Source: Limisphaerales bacterium (GTDB lineage: Bacteria > Verrucomicrobiota > Verrucomicrobiia > Limisphaerales > UBA11358). From it: DNA of 40,616 nucleotides. Both the position numbers and the translations under genes were made by a program. Of the stretch, positions 10,220-19,489 are shown one piece after another. The notes under the pieces are model-generated. The model had not been told where the DNA came from. It worked only from the letters and a program-made list of their open reading frames with translations, and searched no databases. The stretch spans positions 1 to 40,616 of the forward strand of contig JANOBC010000045.1 in assembly GCA_031411455.1 (NCBI GenBank), written 5' to 3'. Each line of letters starts with the position of its first letter. Within the stretch, counting starts at the first letter, position 1.

Positions 10220-11914
10220 ATGTTTTTCTCATCTCCTAGCTTGTTGAACTCATCTGCGAGAATTTCTGTTTTAATTTTTTGCCTCGCCGCGAAGAGTATT
10301 TTTGCGGAAGCGCCAACGCACGGCATGGTTTCCTCAACGTATCCGCTCGCCACGGATGCGGGGGTGGACGTTTTGAAATCCGGCGGCAATGCGGTTGACG
10401 CGGCCGTGGCCGTCGGCCTCACGCTCGGCGTGGTGGACGGCCACAACTCCGGCATCGGCGGCGGTTGCTTCATGCTCATCCGCCGCGCGAATGGCGAAAT
10501 CATCGCGATTGACGGACGCGAGAAAGCGCCCGCCGCCGCCACGCGCGATATGTTCGTGCGCGAGGGCAAGGCCGACACGACGTTGAGCCAGACGGGGCCG
10601 CTGGCGAGCGGCGTGCCGGGAGAAATCGCGGCGTTCGATTACGCGGTTAAAAACTTTGGGAAGAAAAAATTTGGCGAACTCTTCGCCCCGGGGGCGAAGA
10701 TCGCCGAAGAAGGTTTTCCGTTGAAGGAGATTTATGCGGCGCGGTTAAAACTTGAAGCGGGCAACCTGAATCAATTTGACGATTCGCGGAAAATTTTTCT
10801 GACCAACGGTCTTCCGTTCAACGTTGGCGACATTTTGAAACAGCCTGACCTCGCCAAGACTTACCGCGCGCTGGCGGAGCAGGGGAGCGACTGGTTTTAT
10901 CGCGGCCCGTTTGCGCAGGCGACGGCGGCGTGGATGCAGGCGCATGGTGGCATCATGACCACGCAGGACTTTGCCGATTACTCCATCAAGCTGCGCGAGC
11001 CGGTGTCCACCGACTATCGCGGCTACAAAATCGTGACCTTCTCGCCACCGAGTTCTGGCGGGGTGCATTTGCTGGAGATGCTCAATACGCTGGAACATTT
11101 CGACCTGAAACAATTGGATGCGGCCACGCGGCTGCACGTTATCGCCGAAACGATGAAGCTCGCATTCGCCGACCGCGCGTATTGGTTGGGCGATCCTGAT
11201 TTTGTAAAAGTGCCGCGCGGACTCATCGCGAAAGATTATGGCGCGGCGCTTGCCAAAAAAATCAGCCTTGACCGCGCGGCGGAAGTTTCCGGCCACGGCA
11301 CACCGTCGGATGCCGCGACAAATGTTTTCTCCGATAAGCACACGACTCATTTTTCCGTGGCCGATGCGGAGGGCAATTGGGTCGCTTGCACCTGCACGGT
11401 GAATACTGGGTTTGGTTCTAAAGTCGTCGTGCCCGGCACCGGCGTTTTGTTGAACAACCAGATGGATGATTTTTCTGTGCAGGCGGGCGTGCGGAATCAT
11501 TTTGGTTTGGTCGGCGCGGAGGCAAACTGCGTTGCGCCGGGCAAGCGTCCGCTGTCGAGCATGACGCCGACGATTGTTTTGAAAGATGGCCAGCCCATCA
11601 TCGCGCTCGGCGCAGCGGGCGGACCGAAAATTATTTCCACCGTGCTGCTTGAATTGGTTGAGCTGCTCGACCTAAACCACACGCCCGCCGAGGCGGTGGC
11701 CGCGCCGCGTATTCATCAACAATGGTCGCCGGATGAATTGCTGGTCGAGCCATCCCTTTCCCTGGAGCTGCAAAAATCACTGGCTGGCCGTGGCCAGAAA
11801 ATCAGAGTGAGCAAAATCGGTTCAACCTCACACATCGTGGCGCGCAGTGCCGACGGGAAGGGTTTCATTGGCGCCGCCGACCCGCGCAGCGACGGCACGG
11901 CGACGGGTTGGTGA
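10220..11914 (+). CDS. ggt: Gamma-glutamyltransferase
   Basis: GGNAVDAAVA, SGIGGG, IDGRE, PPSSGG, catalytic Thr in HTTHFSV, LLNNQMDDF, KRPLSSMTP, GAAGG, ADPR; N-terminal signal-like segment; start at 10220 inferred. Confidence 0.93.
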   Translation: MFFSSPSLLNSSARISVLIFCLAAKSIFAEAPTHGMVSSTYPLATDAGVDVLKSGGNAVDAAVAVGLTLGVVDGHNSGIGGGCFMLIRRANGEIIAIDGREKAPAAATRDMFVREGKADTTLSQTGPLASGVPGEIAAFDYAVKNFGKKKFGELFAPGAKIAEEGFPLKEIYAARLKLEAGNLNQFDDSRKIFLTNGLPFNVGDILKQPDLAKTYRALAEQGSDWFYRGPFAQATAAWMQAHGGIMTTQDFADYSIKLREPVSTDYRGYKIVTFSPPSSGGVHLLEMLNTLEHFDLKQLDAATRLHVIAETMKLAFADRAYWLGDPDFVKVPRGLIAKDYGAALAKKISLDRAAEVSGHGTPSDAATNVFSDKHTTHFSVADAEGNWVACTCTVNTGFGSKVVVPGTGVLLNNQMDDFSVQAGVRNHFGLVGAEANCVAPGKRPLSSMTPTIVLKDGQPIIALGAAGGPKIISTVLLELVELLDLNHTPAEAVAAPRIHQQWSPDELLVEPSLSLELQKSLAGRGQKIRVSKIGSTSHIVARSADGKGFIGAADPRSDGTATGW

Positions 11915-11930
11915 GGACTTGGGCGGGAGT

Positions 11931-11950
11931 CATATAACAAATGTTATATG
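11931..11950. promoter_or_regulatory. Putative transcription-factor operator
   Basis: Perfect inverted repeat CATATAACA-AA-TGTTATATG upstream of the 12076 gene; same motif as 2434-2451. Confidence 0.7.
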
Positions 11951-12075
11951 GACGCTAAAATTGAAAGATGGGATGATTTCCCCGATTTGCTAGCCTAGGG
12001 AAAATCCGCAGCCAAAATTAGCAATCAAGTTTGTCAAACCGACCCGCTCAATCTGAACCCTGACTACTCCCAACC

Positions 12076-15000
12076 ATGAAAAAATTCCTTAATGTAATAT
12101 GTATTGTCATCGCGCTATTTTTCTCTGGCGCCGCCAACACATCTCTCGCGCAATCGGTTTGGACCAACGTTAGCGCCAGCACGACTTGGCTGGGTGCCTT
12201 AAATTGGAATCCAAACGGCTCGCCGACAAACGGGACGGAAGTCGCTCAGTTCAATGGCACCGCCCCCACCAGCGGCACCGTCGGCATTGGGATAAACATG
12301 AACACGCTGGGAGGACTGTGCAGGGTCGGGGCCATTGAAGTGACCAGCGCCCGCAGCAGCTTGAATTTGATAATTGCGGACAGCAGCACGACGGTCAGCG
12401 GCAGCTTGCAGCTCAATGGCGCTACGGTGAACGGTGTGGCCAATACAATTCTTCGCAACGCTGGAGCGGGCACGACTACCTTGATCCTGACGAACACTCT
12501 AACCACCGGCAATCAGACCATGTCCGTTAGCAACAATCTGGCAAATGCGCTCATTGACGCCAGCTCGGCCATCACCATTTACAGCATCATCACTGGCAAT
12601 GGCTTTACGAAGACCGGTGCGGGAGCTTTGACCTTGGTGGCGTCCAATCTTTATTCGGGCAACACGATCATCAGCAATGGCATCCTCGGGATCAATGACG
12701 GCGGCTACCTGAACAACTCGACCCTAGTGCTGGCCGGCGGCACGTTGCAGCGCAATGCGCAAAACATCACCCCGTCACGTGCGAACGCGTATCGTTCGCC
12801 GTTGGTGGTGTCCAACAGTTCGACCGCGCAAACGACGACCACCACCACCCGCACGATTAATTTCGAGGCTCCGTTCACCGCCGTGGCCGGCACCACGTTG
12901 ACCGTGACTAATACGGGCGCGGGCGGCACCAACCGTTTCCGTTTTTATGCCGGCGGTTTCACGAACGCAGGAAACATTGTTTTGGCTCCCAACATCAGCG
13001 GCGCCCTCGGCCGTGTGCAGTTGGAACTCTACAACTCCAACAACCCGGCAGGCGGCTCGGACATCCTTTTCTCGGGCATCATCAGCGGCGCTGGCACGCT
13101 TTATAAAAACATTGATGTCAACCCCGGCGGTAACGTCATTCTTTCGCAACCGAACACCTATACGGGCGGCACGGAAATTCGCGGCGGCTTTTTCGGTCTC
13201 GCCACAAACAACGCGCTCGGCTTTGGCAACGTCATCATCGGCAACGACCCGAACCCCATCGGGCTTTATGCCGTTGGCGCGGCCCGCTCGTTCACTAACG
13301 ATGTGACGGTGGATACGTCCTCGGCCAACACCACCAACCTCCAAATCAATGGCGCGCAAGACTTGACCTTGTCCGGCCGCGTTTTGATTCATAGCAACCT
13401 GATGTTTTTCACGGTCAGTAACACCGCCACGACCACGTTCTCCGGCACGGTGACGAACGCCTTTGCCAATGCGCTGGGTATCTCCAAACAAGGATCCGGC
13501 AAGCTGGTTTTGAGCGGCACGGCGGCTTACAGCGGAACCACCCGCGCGGCGGCTGGCACGCTCGCCTTGAGCGGGGCGGCGGTGCCGAACAATACCACCA
13601 ACCTCACCGTCTTTGGCGGTGCGACGCTGGACATTTCCGCCTTGAGCGGCACTTGGACGCTGGCAAATTCGCAATCACTGCAAGTCGCCAGCCCAGTCGC
13701 TTCCGCCACGCTGATTGGCAGCGGCTCGGTTGGATTGACGCTCGGCAGCACGAGTCCGCTGGTGCTGGCGTATTCCAATGGCATTCCCTCGCTCACCGTC
13801 ACCGGCGGCGTGCTGACTGTGGCGAGCGGCAATCCCGCGACGGTCACGGTCGCCAATGGCGGCTTCGGCTTGCCGGCGGGTGATTACAAATTGATTTCCA
13901 CCAGCAGCGGCGGTGCCGTGGCCGGCACCGCGCCGACTTCGGTCACGGTCAATGGCGATGGTCTTGGTGGCATTTCGCCCGTGCTGGTGATTTCCAACGC
14001 GGAACTTTATCTGCACATTGACGTATCGCCGACGCCGCCTGCCGTGCCCGTGGTGAAAGCCGCTTCCAGCACCAATATCACCGGCTTCACCGCCAGTTGG
14101 AATTCCGCCAGCGGCGCGACCGGCTACCGGTTGGATGTTTCCCTGGTGAACAATTTCAGTTCGTTTGTTTCCGGCTACAACGACCTTGATGTGGGCAACG
14201 TCGTCTCGTTTGCAGTGACCGGCTTGAGTCCGGCTACGACCTATTTTTATCAGGTTCGCGCCACGAACACTTTTGGCACGAGCGCCAGTTCGTCCGTCAC
14301 GAATGTGACCACGCTCGTCGCGCCGTATTTATGGAACGCGGGTAATGGCAACTGGAGCGATTCCTCAAGCTGGCAATACGCCAACGTCCCCGTCAACGGC
14401 GTCAGCCCCGGCTTCACCGGCGCGGGCGGCAATTCCACCAATGACCTTTCCAGTCTGCTGCTTAATTCAATCACGTTCTCGAACGGTGCCGGGGCTTACA
14501 CGGTTTCTGGCAACGGCCTCGTCGTGAGCAACGGCATTCTCAACAACTCGACGGCGGGGGAAACCATTTCCGCGCCACTGACCTTGGGGGCGGCGCAGAC
14601 CTTGAACGCTGCTGTCGGCGCGCTAAATATTTCTGGCCCGGTCACCAATGCCGGCAACACGCTTACTTTCAACGCCGCCGCCACTAGCACCAACAGCGGT
14701 TCCATCTCCGGCAGCGGCGCGCTGATTAAAAATGGTGCCGCCACGCTATTCTTGTCCGGTGCGAACACCTACACAGGTGCGACCACGAACAATGCGGGCA
14801 ACCTACAAGTGGCTGGCGGCTCCGCGCTGCCTGACGCGGCGACTCTGGTGCTGGCAAACACCGCCGGTGTCACCTTGACGGTTGATGCGAATGAAACCGT
14901 TGGTTCGATTTCCAGCGGCGACAACACCACGATTGCGCTCGGGGCAAACAATTTGACCGTTGGCGGCGACGGAACCTCCACCACGAACACCAGCGCCATC

Positions 15001-17184
15001 ACCGGCACCGGCAAGCTGGTCAAGACCGGCGCGGGAACCATGGTCTTGAACAAGGCCACGGCCTATGGCTCCAGCTTCAGCCTGCGCGTGGAAGGCGGCA
15101 CGGCTGACTTGAATCGCGGCGGCAATACATTGGCCGGAATCATTGGCAGCGGCAACACCGTTGAGCTGGCCGGCGGCACGTTACAATTGAGCGCGAGCCT
15201 GCAGGCCAATTTCGGAGTGACCTTCAACGCGTTGAACGTGATGGCGGATTCGACCTTCAGTTTCAATCGCACGGGCACTTCCAGCAGCCAGAGTCCGTTG
15301 ATTACCGCGCCGCTCAACTTCACGACCAATGCGAATTTGAGTTTCATTTATAACGCCCAGATAACCGGCGGCACCTCCACGTTCACCAACTCAACCATGA
15401 ATTTGCTTCAGGGCAATGCCACGCTCACGCTGGGCAGCTATGGGATCACTCTCGCCAGCCCCATCGGCGAATCCGGCGGCAGTTATTCGCTCACCAAGGC
15501 CGGGCCGGGCCAGTTGAACTTGAATGCCATCAACACCTATTCCGGCAACACCACCAATCTGGCGGGCATTTTGGCAGTCAATAGCACAGGCACTTTCGGC
15601 AATGGCAGCGGCTCGCTGGTTCTGGTCGGTGGCGACATCCTGTCAACCGGCACGCGCGCCAGTTCGCCCATCGCCAACCCGGTTGTGATCGCGTCGAGCG
15701 GCACCAATACCATCTACGGCGACAGCACCGCCACCGCCCCATCCACGCGCATCTTTCCGTTGAGCGGATCGTTGGGCGGCAGCACCGGCACACTGCGCGT
15801 CGGCAACAAGGGACTGGCAAATAATACTTTCGAGCTGCGTTTGAACGGCGGTGGTTACACGTTCACGCCGCCGGTCATCGTGGGCGATCCCAGTTTTGAC
15901 ACCAATGGAACCATCACCCTGCTGAAATGTTACAACGACACCAACACCGCCGCCCAAACTTTCAGCGGCGTGATTTCCGGCAACGGCAGCCTGGCGCGGG
16001 ATGCGTCGGTCCCTGGTTCCGGTGGCACCACGATTTTGTCGGGAGCCAACACTTATTCCGGTGGCACCACGATTTCCGCTGGATTCATCGGCTTCGGCAC
16101 CAATTCGACCTCGTCCGCCGGAGTCGTTACCAGTAGTCCAGTCGGCACGGCGACTCTGGAAATCAAAGATGATCCCAGCGTCGGCTTCTTCGCCTCCGGC
16201 GCGGCCCGGGTTGTGGAAAATAAAATTTTCCTGAATGGCGTCACCAACTTGCAAATCATCGGCACGAACGAACTGACGCTGGCCGGCTCTTGGAACATCG
16301 GCTCGGTGGCCAAAATGCTCACCGTGAACAACACCGGCCTGACGAGAATTTCTGGCGTCATCTCGAACATCGCCGCGCTCACCAAGGCCGGCAATGGCAC
16401 GCTCGCGTTGACCGCCACGAATCTTTTCACCGGCAACCTTACCATCGCGGGCGGCACGCTCGCGTTGAGCGGCAGCGGCTCCGTCTCGAACACGTCGGTC
16501 ATCACGATTGCGAACAATGCAACGCTCGACGCCAGCGGCCGCACTGATGGCACATTCACCTTGAACTCCGGCCAGTCGCTGAACGGCGTTGGCTCCGTGA
16601 TCGGCAGCGTCGTTGCCGCCAGCGGCTCGACGACCGCGCCCGGTTTTGCCTCGGCTCTCGGCGCGCTGACGGTTTCCAGCAACACCACCCTCGCTGGCCT
16701 GACTTACATGAAAATCAACCGTGACACCGCGACGAATGATGTGCTGTCCGCCGGCGGAACTTTGACGGAAGGCGGCACGCTGACGGTCACGAACATTTCC
16801 GGCACACTCGTGGCGAACGATACCTTCAAACTCTTCAGCGCCGGCATTGGTTTCAGCGGCAGCTTCGCGACAACGAATTTGCCCGCTCTCACTACGGGAT
16901 TGAAATGGGACACCACCACCCTCGCCAGCAGCGGCATCATCAAGGTAGCCGTGACCGTCAACACGAATTCGCCCACGCTCACCAATTCAGTGACCGGCGG
17001 CGTGCTGACCCTGACTTGGCCGACCGATCGCATCGGCTGGCGCTTGCAGGTGCAGACCAACACGCTCGCCGACGGCCTCGGCACGAACTGGCAGGACGTG
17101 GCTAATTCAACCACCACCAATCAGGTCAACGTGACAATTGATGCGGCCAGCGCGACGGTTTTCTACCGTATGGTTTATCCGTGA
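12076..17184 (+). CDS. Giant secreted autotransporter-associated beta-strand repeat protein with a fibronectin type III domain
   Basis: Signal peptide; many TKxGxGxLxLxxxNTYxG repeats; FN3 at about 14035-14315 (FTASW..GYRLDV..GLSPATTYFYQVRA); C-terminal LTWP..IGWRLQVQTN..NW..VFYRMVYP, paralogous to the 2537 gene. Confidence 0.85.
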   Translation: MKKFLNVICIVIALFFSGAANTSLAQSVWTNVSASTTWLGALNWNPNGSPTNGTEVAQFNGTAPTSGTVGIGINMNTLGGLCRVGAIEVTSARSSLNLIIADSSTTVSGSLQLNGATVNGVANTILRNAGAGTTTLILTNTLTTGNQTMSVSNNLANALIDASSAITIYSIITGNGFTKTGAGALTLVASNLYSGNTIISNGILGINDGGYLNNSTLVLAGGTLQRNAQNITPSRANAYRSPLVVSNSSTAQTTTTTTRTINFEAPFTAVAGTTLTVTNTGAGGTNRFRFYAGGFTNAGNIVLAPNISGALGRVQLELYNSNNPAGGSDILFSGIISGAGTLYKNIDVNPGGNVILSQPNTYTGGTEIRGGFFGLATNNALGFGNVIIGNDPNPIGLYAVGAARSFTNDVTVDTSSANTTNLQINGAQDLTLSGRVLIHSNLMFFTVSNTATTTFSGTVTNAFANALGISKQGSGKLVLSGTAAYSGTTRAAAGTLALSGAAVPNNTTNLTVFGGATLDISALSGTWTLANSQSLQVASPVASATLIGSGSVGLTLGSTSPLVLAYSNGIPSLTVTGGVLTVASGNPATVTVANGGFGLPAGDYKLISTSSGGAVAGTAPTSVTVNGDGLGGISPVLVISNAELYLHIDVSPTPPAVPVVKAASSTNITGFTASWNSASGATGYRLDVSLVNNFSSFVSGYNDLDVGNVVSFAVTGLSPATTYFYQVRATNTFGTSASSSVTNVTTLVAPYLWNAGNGNWSDSSSWQYANVPVNGVSPGFTGAGGNSTNDLSSLLLNSITFSNGAGAYTVSGNGLVVSNGILNNSTAGETISAPLTLGAAQTLNAAVGALNISGPVTNAGNTLTFNAAATSTNSGSISGSGALIKNGAATLFLSGANTYTGATTNNAGNLQVAGGSALPDAATLVLANTAGVTLTVDANETVGSISSGDNTTIALGANNLTVGGDGTSTTNTSAITGTGKLVKTGAGTMVLNKATAYGSSFSLRVEGGTADLNRGGNTLAGIIGSGNTVELAGGTLQLSASLQANFGVTFNALNVMADSTFSFNRTGTSSSQSPLITAPLNFTTNANLSFIYNAQITGGTSTFTNSTMNLLQGNATLTLGSYGITLASPIGESGGSYSLTKAGPGQLNLNAINTYSGNTTNLAGILAVNSTGTFGNGSGSLVLVGGDILSTGTRASSPIANPVVIASSGTNTIYGDSTATAPSTRIFPLSGSLGGSTGTLRVGNKGLANNTFELRLNGGGYTFTPPVIVGDPSFDTNGTITLLKCYNDTNTAAQTFSGVISGNGSLARDASVPGSGGTTILSGANTYSGGTTISAGFIGFGTNSTSSAGVVTSSPVGTATLEIKDDPSVGFFASGAARVVENKIFLNGVTNLQIIGTNELTLAGSWNIGSVAKMLTVNNTGLTRISGVISNIAALTKAGNGTLALTATNLFTGNLTIAGGTLALSGSGSVSNTSVITIANNATLDASGRTDGTFTLNSGQSLNGVGSVIGSVVAASGSTTAPGFASALGALTVSSNTTLAGLTYMKINRDTATNDVLSAGGTLTEGGTLTVTNISGTLVANDTFKLFSAGIGFSGSFATTNLPALTTGLKWDTTTLASSGIIKVAVTVNTNSPTLTNSVTGGVLTLTWPTDRIGWRLQVQTNTLADGLGTNWQDVANSTTTNQVNVTIDAASATVFYRMVYP

Positions 17185-17204
17185 CCGAGAATGGCTGCGG
17201 GTAA

Positions 17205-17233
17205 CCCTCTCCTCCCTCCGAGGGAGGAGAGGG
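17205..17233. repeat. Palindrome downstream of the giant gene (REP-like or terminator-like)
   Basis: CCCTCTCCTCCCT-CCG-AGGGAGGAGAGGG, a perfect 13-bp stem with no T-tract. Confidence 0.6.
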
Positions 17234-17371
17234 AGTCAGAATAAGAACAGTGTCAAGCTGCACCCCTCCGTCCGGCTGGAGTAACGCCAAGGCTTGTTAC
17301 CGCCCGTTTCTCTGCTACCTTCCACGCCCTTGTGAAAATAATTTTACGCGCGCGTCGCCACCAGCACTGAC

Positions 17372-19294
17372 ATGGCCACCATCATTTCAGCTTCCACTGT
17401 TTCGGTGCGCTACAACAACCGCACCATCCTTGACGAAATCACGCTCGGCATTCAGGAGGGCGAACGCATCGGCCTCGTCGGGCGCAACGGCTGCGGCAAG
17501 ACCACGTTCCTGAAAATTCTCGCGGGGTTGCAGCAACCCGATAGCGGTGAAATTTCCAAGCAACGTGACCTTGTGGTGAGTTATCTGCCGCTGTATTTCA
17601 TGCTCGATGAGACGAAGAATGTTTATGAAAACGTCCGCGACGGCGCGCAGCATGTCTTGAATCTCATCAAGGAATTTGAATCCCTCCCGCACGACTCCAA
17701 GCGCCACGAGCAATTGGAGCAGCGCATCATGATCCTCGACGGCTGGACGGTGGATCGCCGTATCGAAATTGCCCTGGCGCATTTAAATTGTCCGGCCGCC
17801 GACCGCCGCATTGAAACGCTTTCCGGCGGCGAGAAGCGGCGCGTGGCGATGGCGCGGGCGATTGTTTCGCAGCCGGATTTCCTGATGCTCGATGAGCCGA
17901 CGAACCATCTTGACCCGGAATCCATCGAGTGGGTCGCGGAGTTTCTTGAAAGTTTCAGCGGCAGTTATCTCGTCATCACGCACGACCGTTATTTTCTCGA
18001 CCGCGTCGCCACGACGATTCTTGAGTTGTATGACGGCAAGTTTTTTTCTCACGCCGGCAATTACACCGACTACCTCCTCGCCAAGGCCGAACGTCAGGAA
18101 GCCGACGCCACCATCGAACACAAGCGCCAGATGTTTCTGAAAAAGGAACTCGCGTGGGTGCGCCAAGGCCCGCGCGCGCAACGCAGCAAGCAGAAGGACC
18201 GCTTCGAGCGCTATTACAACGAAGCCGCCAAGGACGGCCCGATGATCGAGGAGGACATGGAGCTATGCATCCCGCCGCCGCCGCAACTCGGCAATCGCAC
18301 GGTGGATGTCACCGACCTCGGAATGGAACTCGGCGGGAAGAAATTATTTTCCGGTTTTAATTATTCGTTTCAGAACGGCCAGCGCATCGGCGTCTGTGGA
18401 CGTAACGGCCTTGGCAAATCCACGTTGCTCAAAACGATGATCGGCCAGTTGCAGCCGACGGAAGGCGTCGTGAAAATCGGCCAGCTCACGAAGTTCAACT
18501 ACGTTGACCAAGGCCGCCTGCATCTGAACGAAAACCGCACCGTGCTCGACGAAGCGTCGGACGGCACGGAGTTTGTCATCTGGGGCGACGCGAAAATTTC
18601 CGTGCGCTCCTATCTCAAGCGCTTTCTGTTTGCCGACGACCGCATCCTGACCGAAGTGCGGAAATTGAGCGGTGGCGAACGCAGTCGTTTGCTGCTCGCG
18701 AAGATTCTGAAATGCGGCGGCAACTTTCTCATCCTCGACGAGCCGACGAACGACCTCGACCTGCCGACCTTGCGTGTGCTCGAAGAAGCGCTTGTCGCGT
18801 TTCCCGGCTGCGTGTGCGTCGTGAGCCATGACCGTTATTTTCTCAATCGCGTCTGCACGGACATCCTCGCGTTTGAAGGCGACGGCAAAATCCATCACAG
18901 CGTCGGCGACTACGATTATTATCTGGAGAAAAAACAGAAAGCCGCCAAGGCGCAGGAGACCGCCGCCCGCGACCTCGCTGCCAAGTATGTCGCTGATGCC
19001 GCCAAAGCCGCCGCGCCGGAAAAGCCCAAGGCCAAGGCGCGCAAACTTTCCTTCAAGGAGATGCACGAACTCGCCGGGATGGAAGCGCACATCCACGCCA
19101 TCGAAGGCGAGATTGCTCGCATCGAAAATCTTTTCGCCGCACCGGATTTCCATCGCACGCACGCCGGACAGGCCAATCAACTGATGGCTGAATTGGAATC
19201 GGAAAAAGCCAACCTCGCCAAACTTTTCACTCGCTGGGAAGAACTGGAAGCGCGCAAGACCGAGACGGAGCCGGGGAACACCGACGCCAGCTAA
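17372..19294 (+). CDS. ABC-F family ATPase (Uup-like)
   Basis: Two nucleotide-binding domains (GRNGCGKTT/LSGGE/LDEPTNHLD and GRNGLGKST/LSGGE/LDEPTNDLD), no membrane segments, C-terminal KLSFKE..RWEELE coiled coil. Confidence 0.92.
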   Translation: MATIISASTVSVRYNNRTILDEITLGIQEGERIGLVGRNGCGKTTFLKILAGLQQPDSGEISKQRDLVVSYLPLYFMLDETKNVYENVRDGAQHVLNLIKEFESLPHDSKRHEQLEQRIMILDGWTVDRRIEIALAHLNCPAADRRIETLSGGEKRRVAMARAIVSQPDFLMLDEPTNHLDPESIEWVAEFLESFSGSYLVITHDRYFLDRVATTILELYDGKFFSHAGNYTDYLLAKAERQEADATIEHKRQMFLKKELAWVRQGPRAQRSKQKDRFERYYNEAAKDGPMIEEDMELCIPPPPQLGNRTVDVTDLGMELGGKKLFSGFNYSFQNGQRIGVCGRNGLGKSTLLKTMIGQLQPTEGVVKIGQLTKFNYVDQGRLHLNENRTVLDEASDGTEFVIWGDAKISVRSYLKRFLFADDRILTEVRKLSGGERSRLLLAKILKCGGNFLILDEPTNDLDLPTLRVLEEALVAFPGCVCVVSHDRYFLNRVCTDILAFEGDGKIHHSVGDYDYYLEKKQKAAKAQETAARDLAAKYVADAAKAAAPEKPKAKARKLSFKEMHELAGMEAHIHAIEGEIARIENLFAAPDFHRTHAGQANQLMAELESEKANLAKLFTRWEELEARKTETEPGNTDAS

Positions 19295-19318
19295 ACTCCG
19301 CCAGCCGGCAAAACTTTC

Positions 19319-19375
19319 AGACAGGATTAACAAGATTCACAGGATTGAATCCTGATAATCCGGTTAATCCTGTCT
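19319..19375. repeat. Inverted arrays of 9-bp tandem repeats
   Basis: ACAGGATTA-ACAAGATTC-ACAGGATTG followed by AATCCTGAT-AATCCGGTT-AATCCTGTC, between convergent genes. Confidence 0.8.
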
Positions 19376-19489
19376 AAAAAATCCGCTGAAAAACTGGCGA
19401 GTGTTAACAATTTTATTTCAGCGGCTCTGAAGGTTTGTTCGAGTGCAGCGGTCGATTGATGCGAAAGGTTTTAGCTTGGCGTCGCCGGT

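Noticed and set aside
2446-17120. Long antisense and alternative-frame ORFs over the repeat genes (e.g. 5458-6588, 5345-6313, 12775-13674)
   Set aside because: Shadow ORFs expected from GC-rich biased codons; no motifs, and they overlap well-supported genes.
2537-17184. Diversity-generating retroelement or gene-conversion pair between the two giant genes
   Set aside because: Differences between the paralogous blocks are not adenine-specific and no reverse transcriptase is present; ordinary paralogy suffices.
19319-19375. CRISPR array
   Set aside because: Units are 9 bp with no spacers, and no cas genes are present.
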